Assembly (NCBI GenBank): GCA_051117555.1
Contig: JBNPEG010000026.1
Location: forward strand, 1-64,000
Direction of reading: 5' to 3'
Source of the DNA: Elainellaceae cyanobacterium
GTDB lineage: Bacteria > Cyanobacteriota > Cyanobacteriia > CAZCXK01
Length of the DNA stretch: 64,000 bases
Shown: positions 28,108 through 38,983 of the stretch, in pieces
How the letters are laid out: each line of letters opens with the position of its first letter
Position numbering within the stretch: position 1 is the first letter of the stretch
Translations under genes and position numbers: made by a program
Notes under the pieces: generated by a model
The model's database searches: none
Told to the model about the DNA's origin: nothing
What the model saw: the letters and a program-made list of their open reading frames with translations, nothing else

Positions 28108-30516
28108 CTAGCGGTCGAGCTGATTCGCAGTAATGGTGACTGTGGCAGAATGATTGGGGTTTCTCAATGGCTGTTCATGAGACTGGTCACGTGATTTAAG
28201 AAATGGAGGTGGAACATCTGCATCCCAGTCTTGAAGATGACGCGCCTTTAGCTTGAAGAAGTCTATAGTTTGCAGCAATGTCCGGGTAAGGAGTTCTATG
28301 TGCTTGGCTTGGTCTTGGGTCATCCTCGCTTGGTTTAAGGTGTCAGAGGCGATCGCGTCAATTAATCGAACCGATTGCAGCGCGGTTTGGGTGGCGTCTG
28401 CAATAGACTGACTCGATCGAGTGACCTGCTGCCCGGTCTGCGCGACTTGCTGACTGGCAGTTTGAATCGTGTCAAAGACTTGCCGCGACTGTTCGACTCC
28501 CTTCGTAAAGTCATTCACCTGCTGTCCAATTGTTTGAACGTCGTAGTCGAGCCCAGACACCGTCGTTTGAATTTGATCGGTTCGCTGTTGCAACACAATC
28601 AAGCTCTGGTTTGTTTGTGCGGCTAAGTCATTCACTTGGGTTGCGACGGTCTGAAATTCGCGGGTGATGCTAGCAAACTGGGCTGGATCTTGCTGTACGG
28701 ATGCTCGGTTTGCCAACATAGAAGCATTGACGGCCAAAATTCGAGTCATCGAGGCTATCCGCTTTTGGTCTTTGGCAAACTGTGCCGCAAGTTCGACATA
28801 GCTGGTGAGGATTTGAATGCGCTTGGCAATTTGATCCGTACTTTGCTGAAGGCTGCCGATTCCCTCAAAGATAACGGCGAGTTGTCGTTGTCCTTGATGG
28901 GTTGCAGACTGCGTCAACTGGACAGCGTTATTGGTTTCAGTCACCTGCGACGCAGCATCTTGAGAAAGCTCATCAACAGTTTCTACTAAGGTTTGCACTT
29001 GACCGACTGACTGCGACTGCTGCTGAGCGTTGTCGGATACTTCAACGACTAACCGTTCTAGCTGTTTTGCGCTTTGGGCAACCTGTTCGGTCGTACCCAA
29101 GATCACTGCCATGACGTGACCCAGACGGTCAATTAAGTCATTGAGAGTCTCGGCCACGAGCCCGGTTGCGCCGCTACTGGTGTGGGCTTCTACCGTTAGA
29201 TCGCCATTGTTGATTTCATCGATGACAGCAAGAATATGGCCGACGTGGGTTTGCAATTCTTGACTGACGTGATCTGCGATCGCATGTTGTTTACGTTGCT
29301 CTTCTGTTTGTACTCGCGATGCAATGTCTCTCTGAAGCCGTTCTTTATTCATTTCAACCTGTTCAAGTAGATTGAAAAAAGATGTGGTAAGCTGTCCAAT
29401 TTCGTCCTGCTGCTGGAGTAGGGCAGTCTTATCATCCGCATTGGTAAGTCGATTACACTCGGCTATCAAGGGCTGCAATCGACGGATGAGCGATCGCCCA
29501 ACGAATGCGATAATGACCGCCATGAGTAGCCCGACAGCGAGTGTCCCCCCGACCGTAATGATGGTGATTTGACGCAACACCCCGCTATAGGGGACGAATG
29601 CAACGGCCACCCAATTGGTGGTAGGTATTCGTTCATAGGCCCAATATCCTTGGCTGCTTTTCAAAAGTCCGGATTGGTCAGTCATCTGATTCCACACCCT
29701 ATCAAGCCCTGGAATCGATTCATAGGTCGCGGCGTCTCCGCTGTTTGATGGGTTTGTTTCATTGGAGATGGTAGCCAGCGAATTTGAAATCACAGTTCCA
29801 GTTTCACTCAGTATCGTCATCGTCCCGGTGTCATTGATGACGGGCATGTTGGCGATCGCGCTAGCTGTGCTGTCAATTTCAACAAACACAGTACCTAGCC
29901 ATTGGGATTGGTCGTCTATAATTTGCGAGTAGTAGGCCGTTTTAGTGATATCTCCCACCACTTCTGGCTGTGACCAAATATCTTGTTGAGGGAGGAAATA
30001 GGTTTGGTAGCGATCGCTGTCAGTATAAAATATATCCGACTGAGTGCCATCTATATATCGGATCGAATCATAGGGCGACGACAGTAAAATGCCAGATGAC
30101 TCTGACACGGCAGAATCGAGCCCATAATAGGCAGCAAACCAGGACTGCTGAGAGAGAATCCCGTTCTGACTTTGCCCCACGCCCAGCCCAACGACAAACT
30201 CAGGTCGGTCTTTAAACTGTTCAAAGATCAGTCTGCGATAGGTTTCTGCTGATTCGATATTACGAGCATGCAAGGCTACGATGCTAGCTCGCAGAGTAGT
30301 TGCAAATACTTCAGCGTCTCCCAAACGGCTGTCAACTAAGCGAGCCGTACTGCTAACGCCGTCTTGGAGGTGGTTTTCTACCTGACGTTCAGCAACATTC
30401 CCAACTAGAAAGGCAATGCTGCCGACTCCTATCAAAGTGACTCCAATGATTGGGATGAATAGCTTCGTTTTAATAGAATTGATGCGCAATCGGCGAATAA
30501 TCGGAAGATGCTGCAT
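28108..30516 (-). CDS. Methyl-accepting chemotaxis protein (Cache-type sensor)
   Basis: Two TMs flanking a periplasmic domain, HAMP (DEIGQL), divergent signalling domain (LAVNASMLANRA). Confidence 0.9.
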   Translation of the reverse strand: MQHLPIIRRLRINSIKTKLFIPIIGVTLIGVGSIAFLVGNVAERQVENHLQDGVSSTARLVDSRLGDAEVFATTLRASIVALHARNIESAETYRRLIFEQFKDRPEFVVGLGVGQSQNGILSQQSWFAAYYGLDSAVSESSGILLSSPYDSIRYIDGTQSDIFYTDSDRYQTYFLPQQDIWSQPEVVGDITKTAYYSQIIDDQSQWLGTVFVEIDSTASAIANMPVINDTGTMTILSETGTVISNSLATISNETNPSNSGDAATYESIPGLDRVWNQMTDQSGLLKSSQGYWAYERIPTTNWVAVAFVPYSGVLRQITIITVGGTLAVGLLMAVIIAFVGRSLIRRLQPLIAECNRLTNADDKTALLQQQDEIGQLTTSFFNLLEQVEMNKERLQRDIASRVQTEEQRKQHAIADHVSQELQTHVGHILAVIDEINNGDLTVEAHTSSGATGLVAETLNDLIDRLGHVMAVILGTTEQVAQSAKQLERLVVEVSDNAQQQSQSVGQVQTLVETVDELSQDAASQVTETNNAVQLTQSATHQGQRQLAVIFEGIGSLQQSTDQIAKRIQILTSYVELAAQFAKDQKRIASMTRILAVNASMLANRASVQQDPAQFASITREFQTVATQVNDLAAQTNQSLIVLQQRTDQIQTTVSGLDYDVQTIGQQVNDFTKGVEQSRQVFDTIQTASQQVAQTGQQVTRSSQSIADATQTALQSVRLIDAIASDTLNQARMTQDQAKHIELLTRTLLQTIDFFKLKARHLQDWDADVPPPFLKSRDQSHEQPLRNPNHSATVTITANQLDR

Positions 30517-30688
30517 GTTCTTTAAGACCCACTATAGCGGTGTTCGTTTGAGTTGAGTGTGATGACGGGAAGCATCGTGCATCCTGCTTCACCATTTTTG
30601 TCCTGGACACCCTTGATAGAGGTGAAAGTCCGATTCGCAGGGGCGAACGGTTGGTCGAAACGTTGAGTACATTAAGCAGGCGTTACGG

Positions 30689-33600
30689 CTAGTATTTGGG
30701 TAGAGATTGAGCATCTAAAGCAGGTGAGTCATCACCAACCTCCTTCGCGGACATTGTGGTTCCGTTTGAATGAATCTCGACGGTTGTTTCATCCGTATCA
30801 GACAAATCGATGCGATGATCTACGTCTTGAGTTCCAGACGAGATGGCGGGCAAACGGAAGAATTCGATGCTTTGCAATAACTGATTTGAAAGGATATCCA
30901 TCTCCTCCGACTGCAACTGGCTCCGCTGAGAAAGTTCGGCAGTCTGGGTTGCGATTTCGGCAATGTCTCGCACCACTTGCGCGGCAGATTGGGCTGCATT
31001 CGTGATGGCTTGATTCGATTGAGTCACTGCTTCACCGGCCTCAACCACTTCATCGGTTACTGTTTGAACATTCATAAAGACTCGATTTGATTGCTCAACC
31101 CCATCGGTAAAGCCTCGGACCAATCCTCCTAGATTTTGAATATTAGAATCAATAATCGAAACGACACTGTGAATCTGGGTACTGCGCTGTTCAAGCGTGA
31201 CCAGACCTTCATTGGTTTGTTGGGCAAGTCGGCTAACCTGATTGGCAATCGAATCAAATTCACGAGCAACGACCGCAAACTGTCTGGGGTCACGCTGTTC
31301 AGAGGCTCGTGCGGCAACAAGGGATGCATTTAAGGCAAGGGTCTGAGTGAGCGATGCAATCTGACTTTGATCTTGCACAAACTGATCGGCTAAGCCAACA
31401 AATTCTCCAAGCGTTTTCATCTGTTGCACAATGCGGTCAGTCCCGTCTTGAAGGATTCCAATTCCTTTGGTGAGAGTGGCGATCGCCCCTTGTCCGTTTT
31501 CTACCGTTACTCGCATCGTTTGCAGCGACGTAATCGTTGCACCTACTTTTTCTAATGATCCTTGAGCAATCTGTTCGACTTGCTCAGTGAGTCGCAACAC
31601 TTGATTCACCGCTTGAGCCTGCTGGTCAGTGTTGGTTGCTACCGCCTCAGCCATTGCTCGCTGCTGGTTGGCTGCATCTGATACCTGTCGAGCCGCACCG
31701 ACAACGCCTGTCAATACCTCAATGAGTCGTTCAATGAGTCGGTTGAACGTATCAGCAACTAGCCCCGTCGAGCGATCGCTGACTTTCGCTTGCGTGGTCA
31801 GGTTACCTTCCTCTACATCCGACACTACATCGAGCAGGTGACTTACTTCTTCTTGAAGGAATTCACTTTCAAGGGCAATTGACACAAGATTGGCAACCGA
31901 ATTAACAAAAGTTTGTTCATCTGCTTGCCAAGTGCGAGGCGTTTGCAGGTGATCGCAGCGGATCACGCCCGCTGTTTGACCTGATATCTGAATCGGGATA
32001 TTCAAGGTTGCTTGGGTATCGGATGACAGTAGCCCCGCCGCAACTAATGAAGCAATAGCGGGATGCAACTGGGCATTATCGGTTGCGATCGCTGAATCGA
32101 TGGCCTCGGCATACTCGGGAACAGCGGAGAGAGAAAGGGCATCTCCGTCAGCATGGTGATCGGCCTGTTGCTCATACTGGTCAAGGCAAACTAACTGAGT
32201 GCGATCGCTGCTATAGACCCAAATCCCAACCCGCTCAATAGTCAATGTTTGGGCGATCGCCTCGGTAAAGGCTTTGGCAACCTCTTGAGCATCGCCTTGA
32301 ATGAGGGCTTCATTTTGTGCCAGTGCTGCTAAGACATCATTCTGATGACTTAACTGTTCAGCATTTTGGTGCACCGTATCGAGCAGCGTTTGAATTTGAG
32401 ATGCCATCTGGTTCACATTTGCACCCAACACCGCAAACTCGTCACGTCCTCGAACGGCTACTCGAGTATTCAAATCGCCTCGTCCCAACTTTTCAACAGC
32501 GCTAGCGACCTGCTGAAGTGGGGATGTGAATCGTCGTGCCAAAATCGCACCGAGCACCGCTGATATTAACGCTGTCAACGCAGTCCCCAAGCCAATGGCT
32601 CGTACAAGCTTTTGCTGCGGAAGAAATGCCAGTGATGCGTCTGTAGACGACACGACGCTCCATTCCAGATTCTCGATCCCTGTAACTGGCGAATAGGCAT
32701 TTAATTGCTCGCTCGCCCCGGCTCCGGCTATCCAAGTTTGCCGTTGCCGCTGTTCGTCCACGGTGGAGAAGGTCGGCATTATCTCAGCAATGGGGGTGCC
32801 CAGTGAAGCCGGATCGAGATTAGGCAAATCCTGGAAAATTAGACCATTACTATCTACTAACCGAAAGGTTTCCCCCTCCTGCAAACGGGTTGTTTCTAAA
32901 ACAGCATTCCCAATAAATTCAACTGGAATTTTGCCTGCAACAACCGCTGTGGTTTGCCCCGCCGAATCGATGATAGGAGCTGCTATGTAGATTGCCGATC
33001 GTTGAGAGTCTTCTATGCTGTTCAACAATATAGGCTCACTGATAACGGGTGCCCCCGTTTCGATCACGCGCTGAAAGTAGGGTGCATCTTTTTGATTGAG
33101 TTCGCGCACCGAGCCTTTAGATTGTGCAATGACATTGCCTTGCAGCGTATACAATGCAATGTTTTCGTAGGTCTGATAGTTTTGGACAAAGGTCGTTAAT
33201 TCGTCGATGATCAGACTGATGGCAGGTGAGTCATTTGTCGTCTCAAATGTTGCCAGCCCAGTTGTTGTATTCGTTGTTGCGTTAATGGTATTGACCATAC
33301 TCGCAACCGTTTTAATAGTTGCAGTCTGTTCTTGCAAATAGCGGCTGAGCTGATCAGAAAGCTGGTTGGCTTCCGCAATTTTTTCTTGGGCAATTTGTGT
33401 CGTGATTGAACGATCTGCAGATTGATAGGCCACTCCTCCGACCGCGACCGCAGGCAATACACCAAACACCGTCGCAAGCAGGGTTGCTTTGATGCCAATA
33501 CCAATCCCCTTATCAGCCGAACGTTCATCCGGAATCACGATTGGGGGGTGTCTCGCAGACTCAGACAAAGCGCGGTCAGTCGGTGGGGTGACATCTGAGG

Positions 33601-33733
33601 AATGAGACGGATCGCGTTTAGATTGCTCATTCAAATGAGCAGCCTCTGGCATCTCATCCTGCTGAAGACTCCACATGTCTTGGCGTTGAGCTGACATCGT
33701 AATACCTTCTTGCTTCGTGATAGTTCCTAACAT
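30689..33733 (-). CDS. Methyl-accepting chemotaxis protein (Cache, HAMP, GAF)
   Basis: TM-periplasmic-TM, HAMP, cytoplasmic GAF, LALNASLVAARA signalling domain. Confidence 0.92.
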   Translation of the reverse strand: MLGTITKQEGITMSAQRQDMWSLQQDEMPEAAHLNEQSKRDPSHSSDVTPPTDRALSESARHPPIVIPDERSADKGIGIGIKATLLATVFGVLPAVAVGGVAYQSADRSITTQIAQEKIAEANQLSDQLSRYLQEQTATIKTVASMVNTINATTNTTTGLATFETTNDSPAISLIIDELTTFVQNYQTYENIALYTLQGNVIAQSKGSVRELNQKDAPYFQRVIETGAPVISEPILLNSIEDSQRSAIYIAAPIIDSAGQTTAVVAGKIPVEFIGNAVLETTRLQEGETFRLVDSNGLIFQDLPNLDPASLGTPIAEIMPTFSTVDEQRQRQTWIAGAGASEQLNAYSPVTGIENLEWSVVSSTDASLAFLPQQKLVRAIGLGTALTALISAVLGAILARRFTSPLQQVASAVEKLGRGDLNTRVAVRGRDEFAVLGANVNQMASQIQTLLDTVHQNAEQLSHQNDVLAALAQNEALIQGDAQEVAKAFTEAIAQTLTIERVGIWVYSSDRTQLVCLDQYEQQADHHADGDALSLSAVPEYAEAIDSAIATDNAQLHPAIASLVAAGLLSSDTQATLNIPIQISGQTAGVIRCDHLQTPRTWQADEQTFVNSVANLVSIALESEFLQEEVSHLLDVVSDVEEGNLTTQAKVSDRSTGLVADTFNRLIERLIEVLTGVVGAARQVSDAANQQRAMAEAVATNTDQQAQAVNQVLRLTEQVEQIAQGSLEKVGATITSLQTMRVTVENGQGAIATLTKGIGILQDGTDRIVQQMKTLGEFVGLADQFVQDQSQIASLTQTLALNASLVAARASEQRDPRQFAVVAREFDSIANQVSRLAQQTNEGLVTLEQRSTQIHSVVSIIDSNIQNLGGLVRGFTDGVEQSNRVFMNVQTVTDEVVEAGEAVTQSNQAITNAAQSAAQVVRDIAEIATQTAELSQRSQLQSEEMDILSNQLLQSIEFFRLPAISSGTQDVDHRIDLSDTDETTVEIHSNGTTMSAKEVGDDSPALDAQSLPKY

Positions 33734-33903
33734 GGATATAACGTGAACGCATCTCAGGGCGTAGTGTCAGCGTGAGAGGCGTTTAGGATGATCTACTGCG
33801 CGACGATCAATCCAGCATTGGGCTAAGCAGTTTTCTACGTTTCACAGACTTTCTCCTTTGATGAATAAATTTATAAAATAAAATATTAGATTGGGTTAGC
33901 TCT

Positions 33904-34395
33904 CTACAGACTGATCGGGCGCGATCGCCTGCGCTGAGGCAACCAAAGGCGATCGCCTAGCAGTTCGGGGCGAAACAGATGAATTGACTCAGGAAGGGGC
34001 GGAGATGGGGGCAATGATTCGGTAAATATCTCGTCCGGGAGTTGCTCGCGCGAGCGGCTTTCGAGGACTCGATCCACAACAATGCCCATTCCTGCGACAT
34101 GCCCTGCGTCTTGGCTCAGTTGCACCACACTAATCGTTTCTCGCGTTAGGTTTGTGGTTTGGTCGAAGATATATTGAATTGCTGCAAGCGGTACGATGCG
34201 CCCATGATAGTGAACAACTCCTAATAGGGTTCGATCATAAAAAGGAAGGACTAAAATTTGCGATCGCTCAACGAGTAAAATCTCAGCAGCATAGGATGAT
34301 GGAAACACCAGATAGTGGCGATCAACCTGAGTGAGAATAAAGCGATTTTGTAAGGACGGCAGTGGAGAAGGGGTCAGTTCGTCAGTATTATCCAT
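33904..34395 (-). CDS. CheW-like adaptor
   Basis: LPFY...LLGVV...G.IVPL motif; operon context. Confidence 0.85.
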   Translation of the reverse strand: MDNTDELTPSPLPSLQNRFILTQVDRHYLVFPSSYAAEILLVERSQILVLPFYDRTLLGVVHYHGRIVPLAAIQYIFDQTTNLTRETISVVQLSQDAGHVAGMGIVVDRVLESRSREQLPDEIFTESLPPSPPLPESIHLFRPELLGDRLWLPQRRRSRPISL

Positions 34396-34416
34396 AACAC
34401 TGTTGTGATAAACACG

Positions 34417-34773
34417 TCAGAATTTCTGCAACGTCTTTTCTAAACGTTCGCGAGTCGTAGGTTTGGGTAGATAGTCATTAGCTCCAGCCCGTTTAATGCC
34501 GTAGTTGACTTCTACGGACTTTTTCTTGCTGGAATAGAAAATGACGCGCTGCTCAGCCGTAAGTTGGCTAGACCGGAGTTCTCGAAGAAACTTATATCCA
34601 TCCTTTTCAGGCATCACAATGTCTAAAAACACAGCCGAGTAGTTGCCCGTTGCAATCTTGTCAAAGACTCCAGTTGTACTCTCACACGATTCAACCTGAT
34701 GTCCCATTTCTTCAAGTAAAGACTTTAAAAAATGGCGATCGACGGCACTGTCATCCACAATTAAAAATCGCAT
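34417..34773 (-). CDS. Single-domain response regulator (CheY/PilH-like)
   Basis: IVDD, LDIVMP, GANDYLPKP. Confidence 0.92.
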   Translation of the reverse strand: MRFLIVDDSAVDRHFLKSLLEEMGHQVESCESTTGVFDKIATGNYSAVFLDIVMPEKDGYKFLRELRSSQLTAEQRVIFYSSKKKSVEVNYGIKRAGANDYLPKPTTRERLEKTLQKF

Positions 34774-34776
34774 GCT

Positions 34777-36003
34777 TTACTTTTCCTCCACAAGATGAGC
34801 CGCAAATTGAGTCGATGATGGAAGGGGAGCCAATTCTTTGAGCAACGTTTTCAGATCCATTTGAAACTGGGGCACTTCCTGGGGTGTCAAGGGTTTAGTC
34901 AAAAATCGACAGCCGCTCCACTGCGATCGCCAGTTGTTAGAAAGCGTTTTGTCGGCAGTGAGCATGATGAGTGGAACGGTCGCTAATTCTGGACGACGAC
35001 GAATCTGTTTAACGAGATCAAAGCCCGTAATCTCAGGCATGTTGATATCCAAAAAGATAATGGCAGGATTAGAACAAAGCATGGTTTGTAATGCTGTTGA
35101 CGGAGTCTGACAGATCGTTGCCTGGTAGCCCCATTTTGTTACCAAATTCTTAAACTGTTTCAGAATCATGGGGGAGTCATCCACAATCATGATTTCTGGA
35201 ACAGCCCCAGTCGTGGGTAGATTTAGCGTAATTAACCCTGCACCAATCAGCTTTGCAAATCCTATGGCAATCTCCAGCGGATCTTGACTCAGCAATGTCG
35301 CAATCTCACTCAATGTTTTGCTATGCAAGACCAAACGTTCTAGACGCTGTCTTTGTAAAGGTGAGAGGTTTGAGCGGACGACTGCCTCAGCGTTGAGTAC
35401 CGGAACACCATCCATGGATGGAATTTGAATTTGCAGCTTGCGCCACAAACGCCGTCGTTTTTGGGCATCTGAGAGCAAACTATCAAGCTCAAATCCTAAG
35501 ATAGGTGATTGGGTATACAACTGCGGCGACGGCAAGAATTGTGCCCGCCCTGAATAGTCAAACAAATGGCTATCAAAGTCACACAAAATTTTAAGCCGGA
35601 GTGCCTGAGTTATTTCTTGAATGTCGACTAGTTTAAGTTTTTGCAATTCATTCAAGAGTTTGAGCAAGACAGCAGAATGTGGAACGTGTCGTTCAGAAAT
35701 GAGCGCGTGCTCTAGCAATGAAATTTTCTGCGTCGCATTACTGCTACGCAGACGTGGAACATAGTGCTGCAAGGTCTTGAGCAAATCGTGCCAGGAAAGC
35801 TGTTGATCTCCTGAAAAGACCACACGCCCTTGAATGAAAGCGATATACAGTGGATGAACTTGACTCGATCGATCAGCAACAGGGAATTCACAAAGCCAGT
35901 ATCCTGTGAGCATGCCAGCGAGCATGTCGTGAGATGCTTGGCTAAGCTTTTGAGGCAACTCCTGTGCTTGAAATACAAAGCCATAGGTTGCCGGTACTAC
36001 CAT
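34777..36003 (-). CDS. PatA-family response regulator
   Basis: Long N-terminal PATAN-like region plus C-terminal REC (IVDDS, LDINMP, FLTKP); first gene of the cluster. Confidence 0.88.
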   Translation of the reverse strand: MVVPATYGFVFQAQELPQKLSQASHDMLAGMLTGYWLCEFPVADRSSQVHPLYIAFIQGRVVFSGDQQLSWHDLLKTLQHYVPRLRSSNATQKISLLEHALISERHVPHSAVLLKLLNELQKLKLVDIQEITQALRLKILCDFDSHLFDYSGRAQFLPSPQLYTQSPILGFELDSLLSDAQKRRRLWRKLQIQIPSMDGVPVLNAEAVVRSNLSPLQRQRLERLVLHSKTLSEIATLLSQDPLEIAIGFAKLIGAGLITLNLPTTGAVPEIMIVDDSPMILKQFKNLVTKWGYQATICQTPSTALQTMLCSNPAIIFLDINMPEITGFDLVKQIRRRPELATVPLIMLTADKTLSNNWRSQWSGCRFLTKPLTPQEVPQFQMDLKTLLKELAPLPSSTQFAAHLVEEK

Positions 36004-36582
36004 AGGTAAAACAACAGGGAGGTATCAACTAATTGACCATGATGGGGCTAGCAGTAGCTCGCCAGCAAGAGCATGCAAAGGCACTTTCAATTTAGATTGG
36101 AGTCGCTTGCATGAGGTATCATGGCTGAATTTGCGAATGGCTTAACAATCAAACACCGTAAATTCTTGCACTAGCATGATATTGCCGTGCCCCTTCAAGT
36201 ATCAATCCTTGAAGCAGCAAGGCGTTCACCGAGAACGTTTCTGCTACCTGACTCAAAAACTCATACCCATCCCTGACAAACAGACATTTTGTCGGTCTTC
36301 ATAGAGAATTCAATATGGAATTCAATATGGAATTCAATATAGAGTCTGGGTATGTGACCACCCGGTGGAAACATTAGCTGGAAGTATTAGCTAGAACTAT
36401 TAGTTAGAACTATTAGTTAGTGGCGATCGCACCCTTACTATGACCCACCGATAAGGACGAAACAGGATAAGCACCCCTATCCCATCTGCCTGACACTCTT
36501 ATCACAACTACTTGCCAGCCTAATGTCTTTCGTGCCTGCTCAAAAACTTTGACGCATTCACTCTTAATTCACTTGTATCAAG

Positions 36583-36627
36583 TATCTACGGTTTCTCTGT
36601 CTACGGTTTCTCTGTCTACGGTTTCTT
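36583..36627. repeat. 15-bp tandem repeat (TCTACGGTTTCTCTG), about 3 copies
   Basis: Seen directly in the long intergenic region upstream of the PatA-like gene. Confidence 0.85.
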
Positions 36628-36955
36628 TATCACTATTACGCCGACTTTACTGCACATGCGATGGCGATGCAACACCTCTATCACGTATGTACACAGCAAT
36701 ATGTTCGTATACACATGTATACAATATCCTCTTACCCTTCCTACGGCTAGTCCTCTACGTAAGGTTTAAGGAATCTTTATACCCAGATTGAGTTTCTTCA
36801 GCTCGAGTATTTGCCTGGATTGGAATCAACCCGACCCAGCTTCTACCTAAATTCTGGAATGTTTCGTTGATTCCAATGTCGAATTTGTACTTGAGCAAGA
36901 TTAAATGACACATCCATTACACTGTATTTCAGGCATCAGCAATACATCAGCCATA

Positions 36956-38959
36956 TTAACGGAATAGGGTATCGCATTCGTCGGCATAAAACCGATAAAA
37001 CAAATACTGATCTTCAAAGGTGTGTTCGTCGGTGACATGATGAATGATTCCCCGTTCAACTAAAATCTTCCCAATGCGAATCGCCTCATCGCGGGTTGCT
37101 TTTTGCTCATTCATTAGCCAATCGACTGCTTCACTCCCCACAAAGCATTGAGCATAGATTCGTAGCCCATAGCGACGGTCTTTGATTTCTATGCCTTGCT
37201 CTCCTCGCAGTTGAGACACGAGTCGATCAAGCTCGCTATCCGGTAGATCGCCCTTCTGCCGTAACAAGATAGAACATTCGATTAAATCTGTTAGCAAGTC
37301 ATCCGATGCTGGCTGGAGTTCAGACTGAGAGTCAGATGAATCGAGTGGGTTCGTCGATGTGGAGAGAATGGGCAACGACGAATCTCGACCCGCCCACAAA
37401 GAAATCAGATCATCAATTTGAGGCGATCGCACGTGAAGATCGCGTTGAGGAAACGGAATTTCGATATGGTATCGCCGGAAGTTGGCTTCGATCAGGTAAT
37501 ACAAATCGCTGCGGATGCGGAACTGATGTCGAGGATCTCGAATCCAAACGAGTGCATCAAAATCTAGAGAACTCTCCCCAAAACCTTGAAACCAAATCTG
37601 AGGCTGAGGATAGCGCAATACCTCTGGGTGAATCTTAACCGCCTCTAAGACGGATGCTCGAACCTGCTTGACATGAGAACCGTAGGCAACCCCAAACGGC
37701 ACGTGAAGCCGAGAAACGGGATGTCCGTGGCTCCAGTTAACGACTTTACTGTCAATAAATTCGGAGTTGGGCACAATGATCGTGACGTAGTCTAGCGTGC
37801 GAATCTCGGTACTACGTGCGCCGATGCGCTCAACCGTGCCCACTAATTCTCCCAAATTAACGAAGTCTCCGACTCGAATCGGACGTTCAAATAGAATAAT
37901 CAACCCACTCGTAAAATTGCTAGCAATATTTTGCAGCCCAAAGCCGATACTGACTCCTAAAACGCTTGCCAGAATGGCTAAAGAACTCACGTCAAAGCCA
38001 AGCCCCTGCAAGATAATCAAAAGCCCGATGCCCGTTAATAGAAACTGCATCGATAGAGCGATCGCATCTTGAATTTCTTGGTCAGCTCCTATGACTCGCA
38101 ACAGCCGCGATCGCACCAGTAGAGTAATGCCTCGCACGCCTATCCAGAGCAGTAATGCCAGAACCACAATCTTCAAAATATCAAAGATAGAATACCCTCT
38201 TTCTCCCAAATCAAAGATGGGTTCGGTGAGTGCTTCTTGTAAAAATGTCAGGGTTCGATACCGCCAATATCGGCTCTGGGGAAATAACCCCGTGAAATAG
38301 ATGAGAGCTGCGATCCAAACGCCGAATTGAACGCAAATCAGCAGGGGTTGTATGACAGGTGCAATAACCCAATGAGAGGAACTGGGGGATGAGGTCGAGC
38401 TTCGGCGTGCTGTCTGTCGATTGATGAGTCGACGGAGCCTATGCACCAGACCATGAAGGGCGATCGCCAAGCCAATCAGCCCAATGCTGATCAACCAAGC
38501 ACGTCGTCTGTAGGCAGCCGTTCGTTCCCGCTGGGCTTGATGCAGCGCATCTTCTAAAACCTGACCCCACTCCTCAGCTTGTTCCATAGGAGTGATACCC
38601 GGAATAAAATCTCCTTCAGTGATCGTCAACAGGTGACGATCATTGATGCGGAGAGTTGTCAAATCACCTTGCTGAGTAGGCTTAACCTGAATCGGCTCAT
38701 CGGGCGGCGTTGACGCGAGCGCTTGATTAATTTTTCTGTTGGCATTCGCGGCCCGATTCTCGGCTGAAAATCCCTCGATGCTTCCCACCCTAACCATGAT
38801 TCGCCCATCCACCATGATCGGAGCGGTATCAGACTGGTTCGCTTGACGGGTCTGCGATCCTGCTGAGATGGGAGTCAAGCCAAGCAGGAGACTGAGTAGG
38901 GCAGCCAACAGGAGAAAGAATAGTCGGACTCTTGGACTCCAAATCGAGGCTGTCATCAT
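36956..38959 (-). CDS. MscS-family mechanosensitive channel with C-terminal DEP domain
   Basis: GFGLQNIASNFTSG..I.FERPIRVGD, VPNSEF, IPFPQRDL; C-terminal IKDRRY...CFVGSEAVDWL...HHVTDEH.F.D..LFYRF. Confidence 0.92.
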   Translation of the reverse strand: MMTASIWSPRVRLFFLLLAALLSLLLGLTPISAGSQTRQANQSDTAPIMVDGRIMVRVGSIEGFSAENRAANANRKINQALASTPPDEPIQVKPTQQGDLTTLRINDRHLLTITEGDFIPGITPMEQAEEWGQVLEDALHQAQRERTAAYRRRAWLISIGLIGLAIALHGLVHRLRRLINRQTARRSSTSSPSSSHWVIAPVIQPLLICVQFGVWIAALIYFTGLFPQSRYWRYRTLTFLQEALTEPIFDLGERGYSIFDILKIVVLALLLWIGVRGITLLVRSRLLRVIGADQEIQDAIALSMQFLLTGIGLLIILQGLGFDVSSLAILASVLGVSIGFGLQNIASNFTSGLIILFERPIRVGDFVNLGELVGTVERIGARSTEIRTLDYVTIIVPNSEFIDSKVVNWSHGHPVSRLHVPFGVAYGSHVKQVRASVLEAVKIHPEVLRYPQPQIWFQGFGESSLDFDALVWIRDPRHQFRIRSDLYYLIEANFRRYHIEIPFPQRDLHVRSPQIDDLISLWAGRDSSLPILSTSTNPLDSSDSQSELQPASDDLLTDLIECSILLRQKGDLPDSELDRLVSQLRGEQGIEIKDRRYGLRIYAQCFVGSEAVDWLMNEQKATRDEAIRIGKILVERGIIHHVTDEHTFEDQYLFYRFYADECDTLFR

Positions 38960-38983
38960 TGCAGTGCGTTATTGATTGACCTC

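Noticed and set aside
31850..32300. MCP GAF domain as a cyanobacteriochrome photoreceptor
   Set aside because: No bilin-binding Asp motif or Cys-His motif is visible
36583..36627. GTCTAC-containing repeats as a second iteron site
   Set aside because: Simple tandem duplication far from the element, without the mixed direct and inverted arrangement
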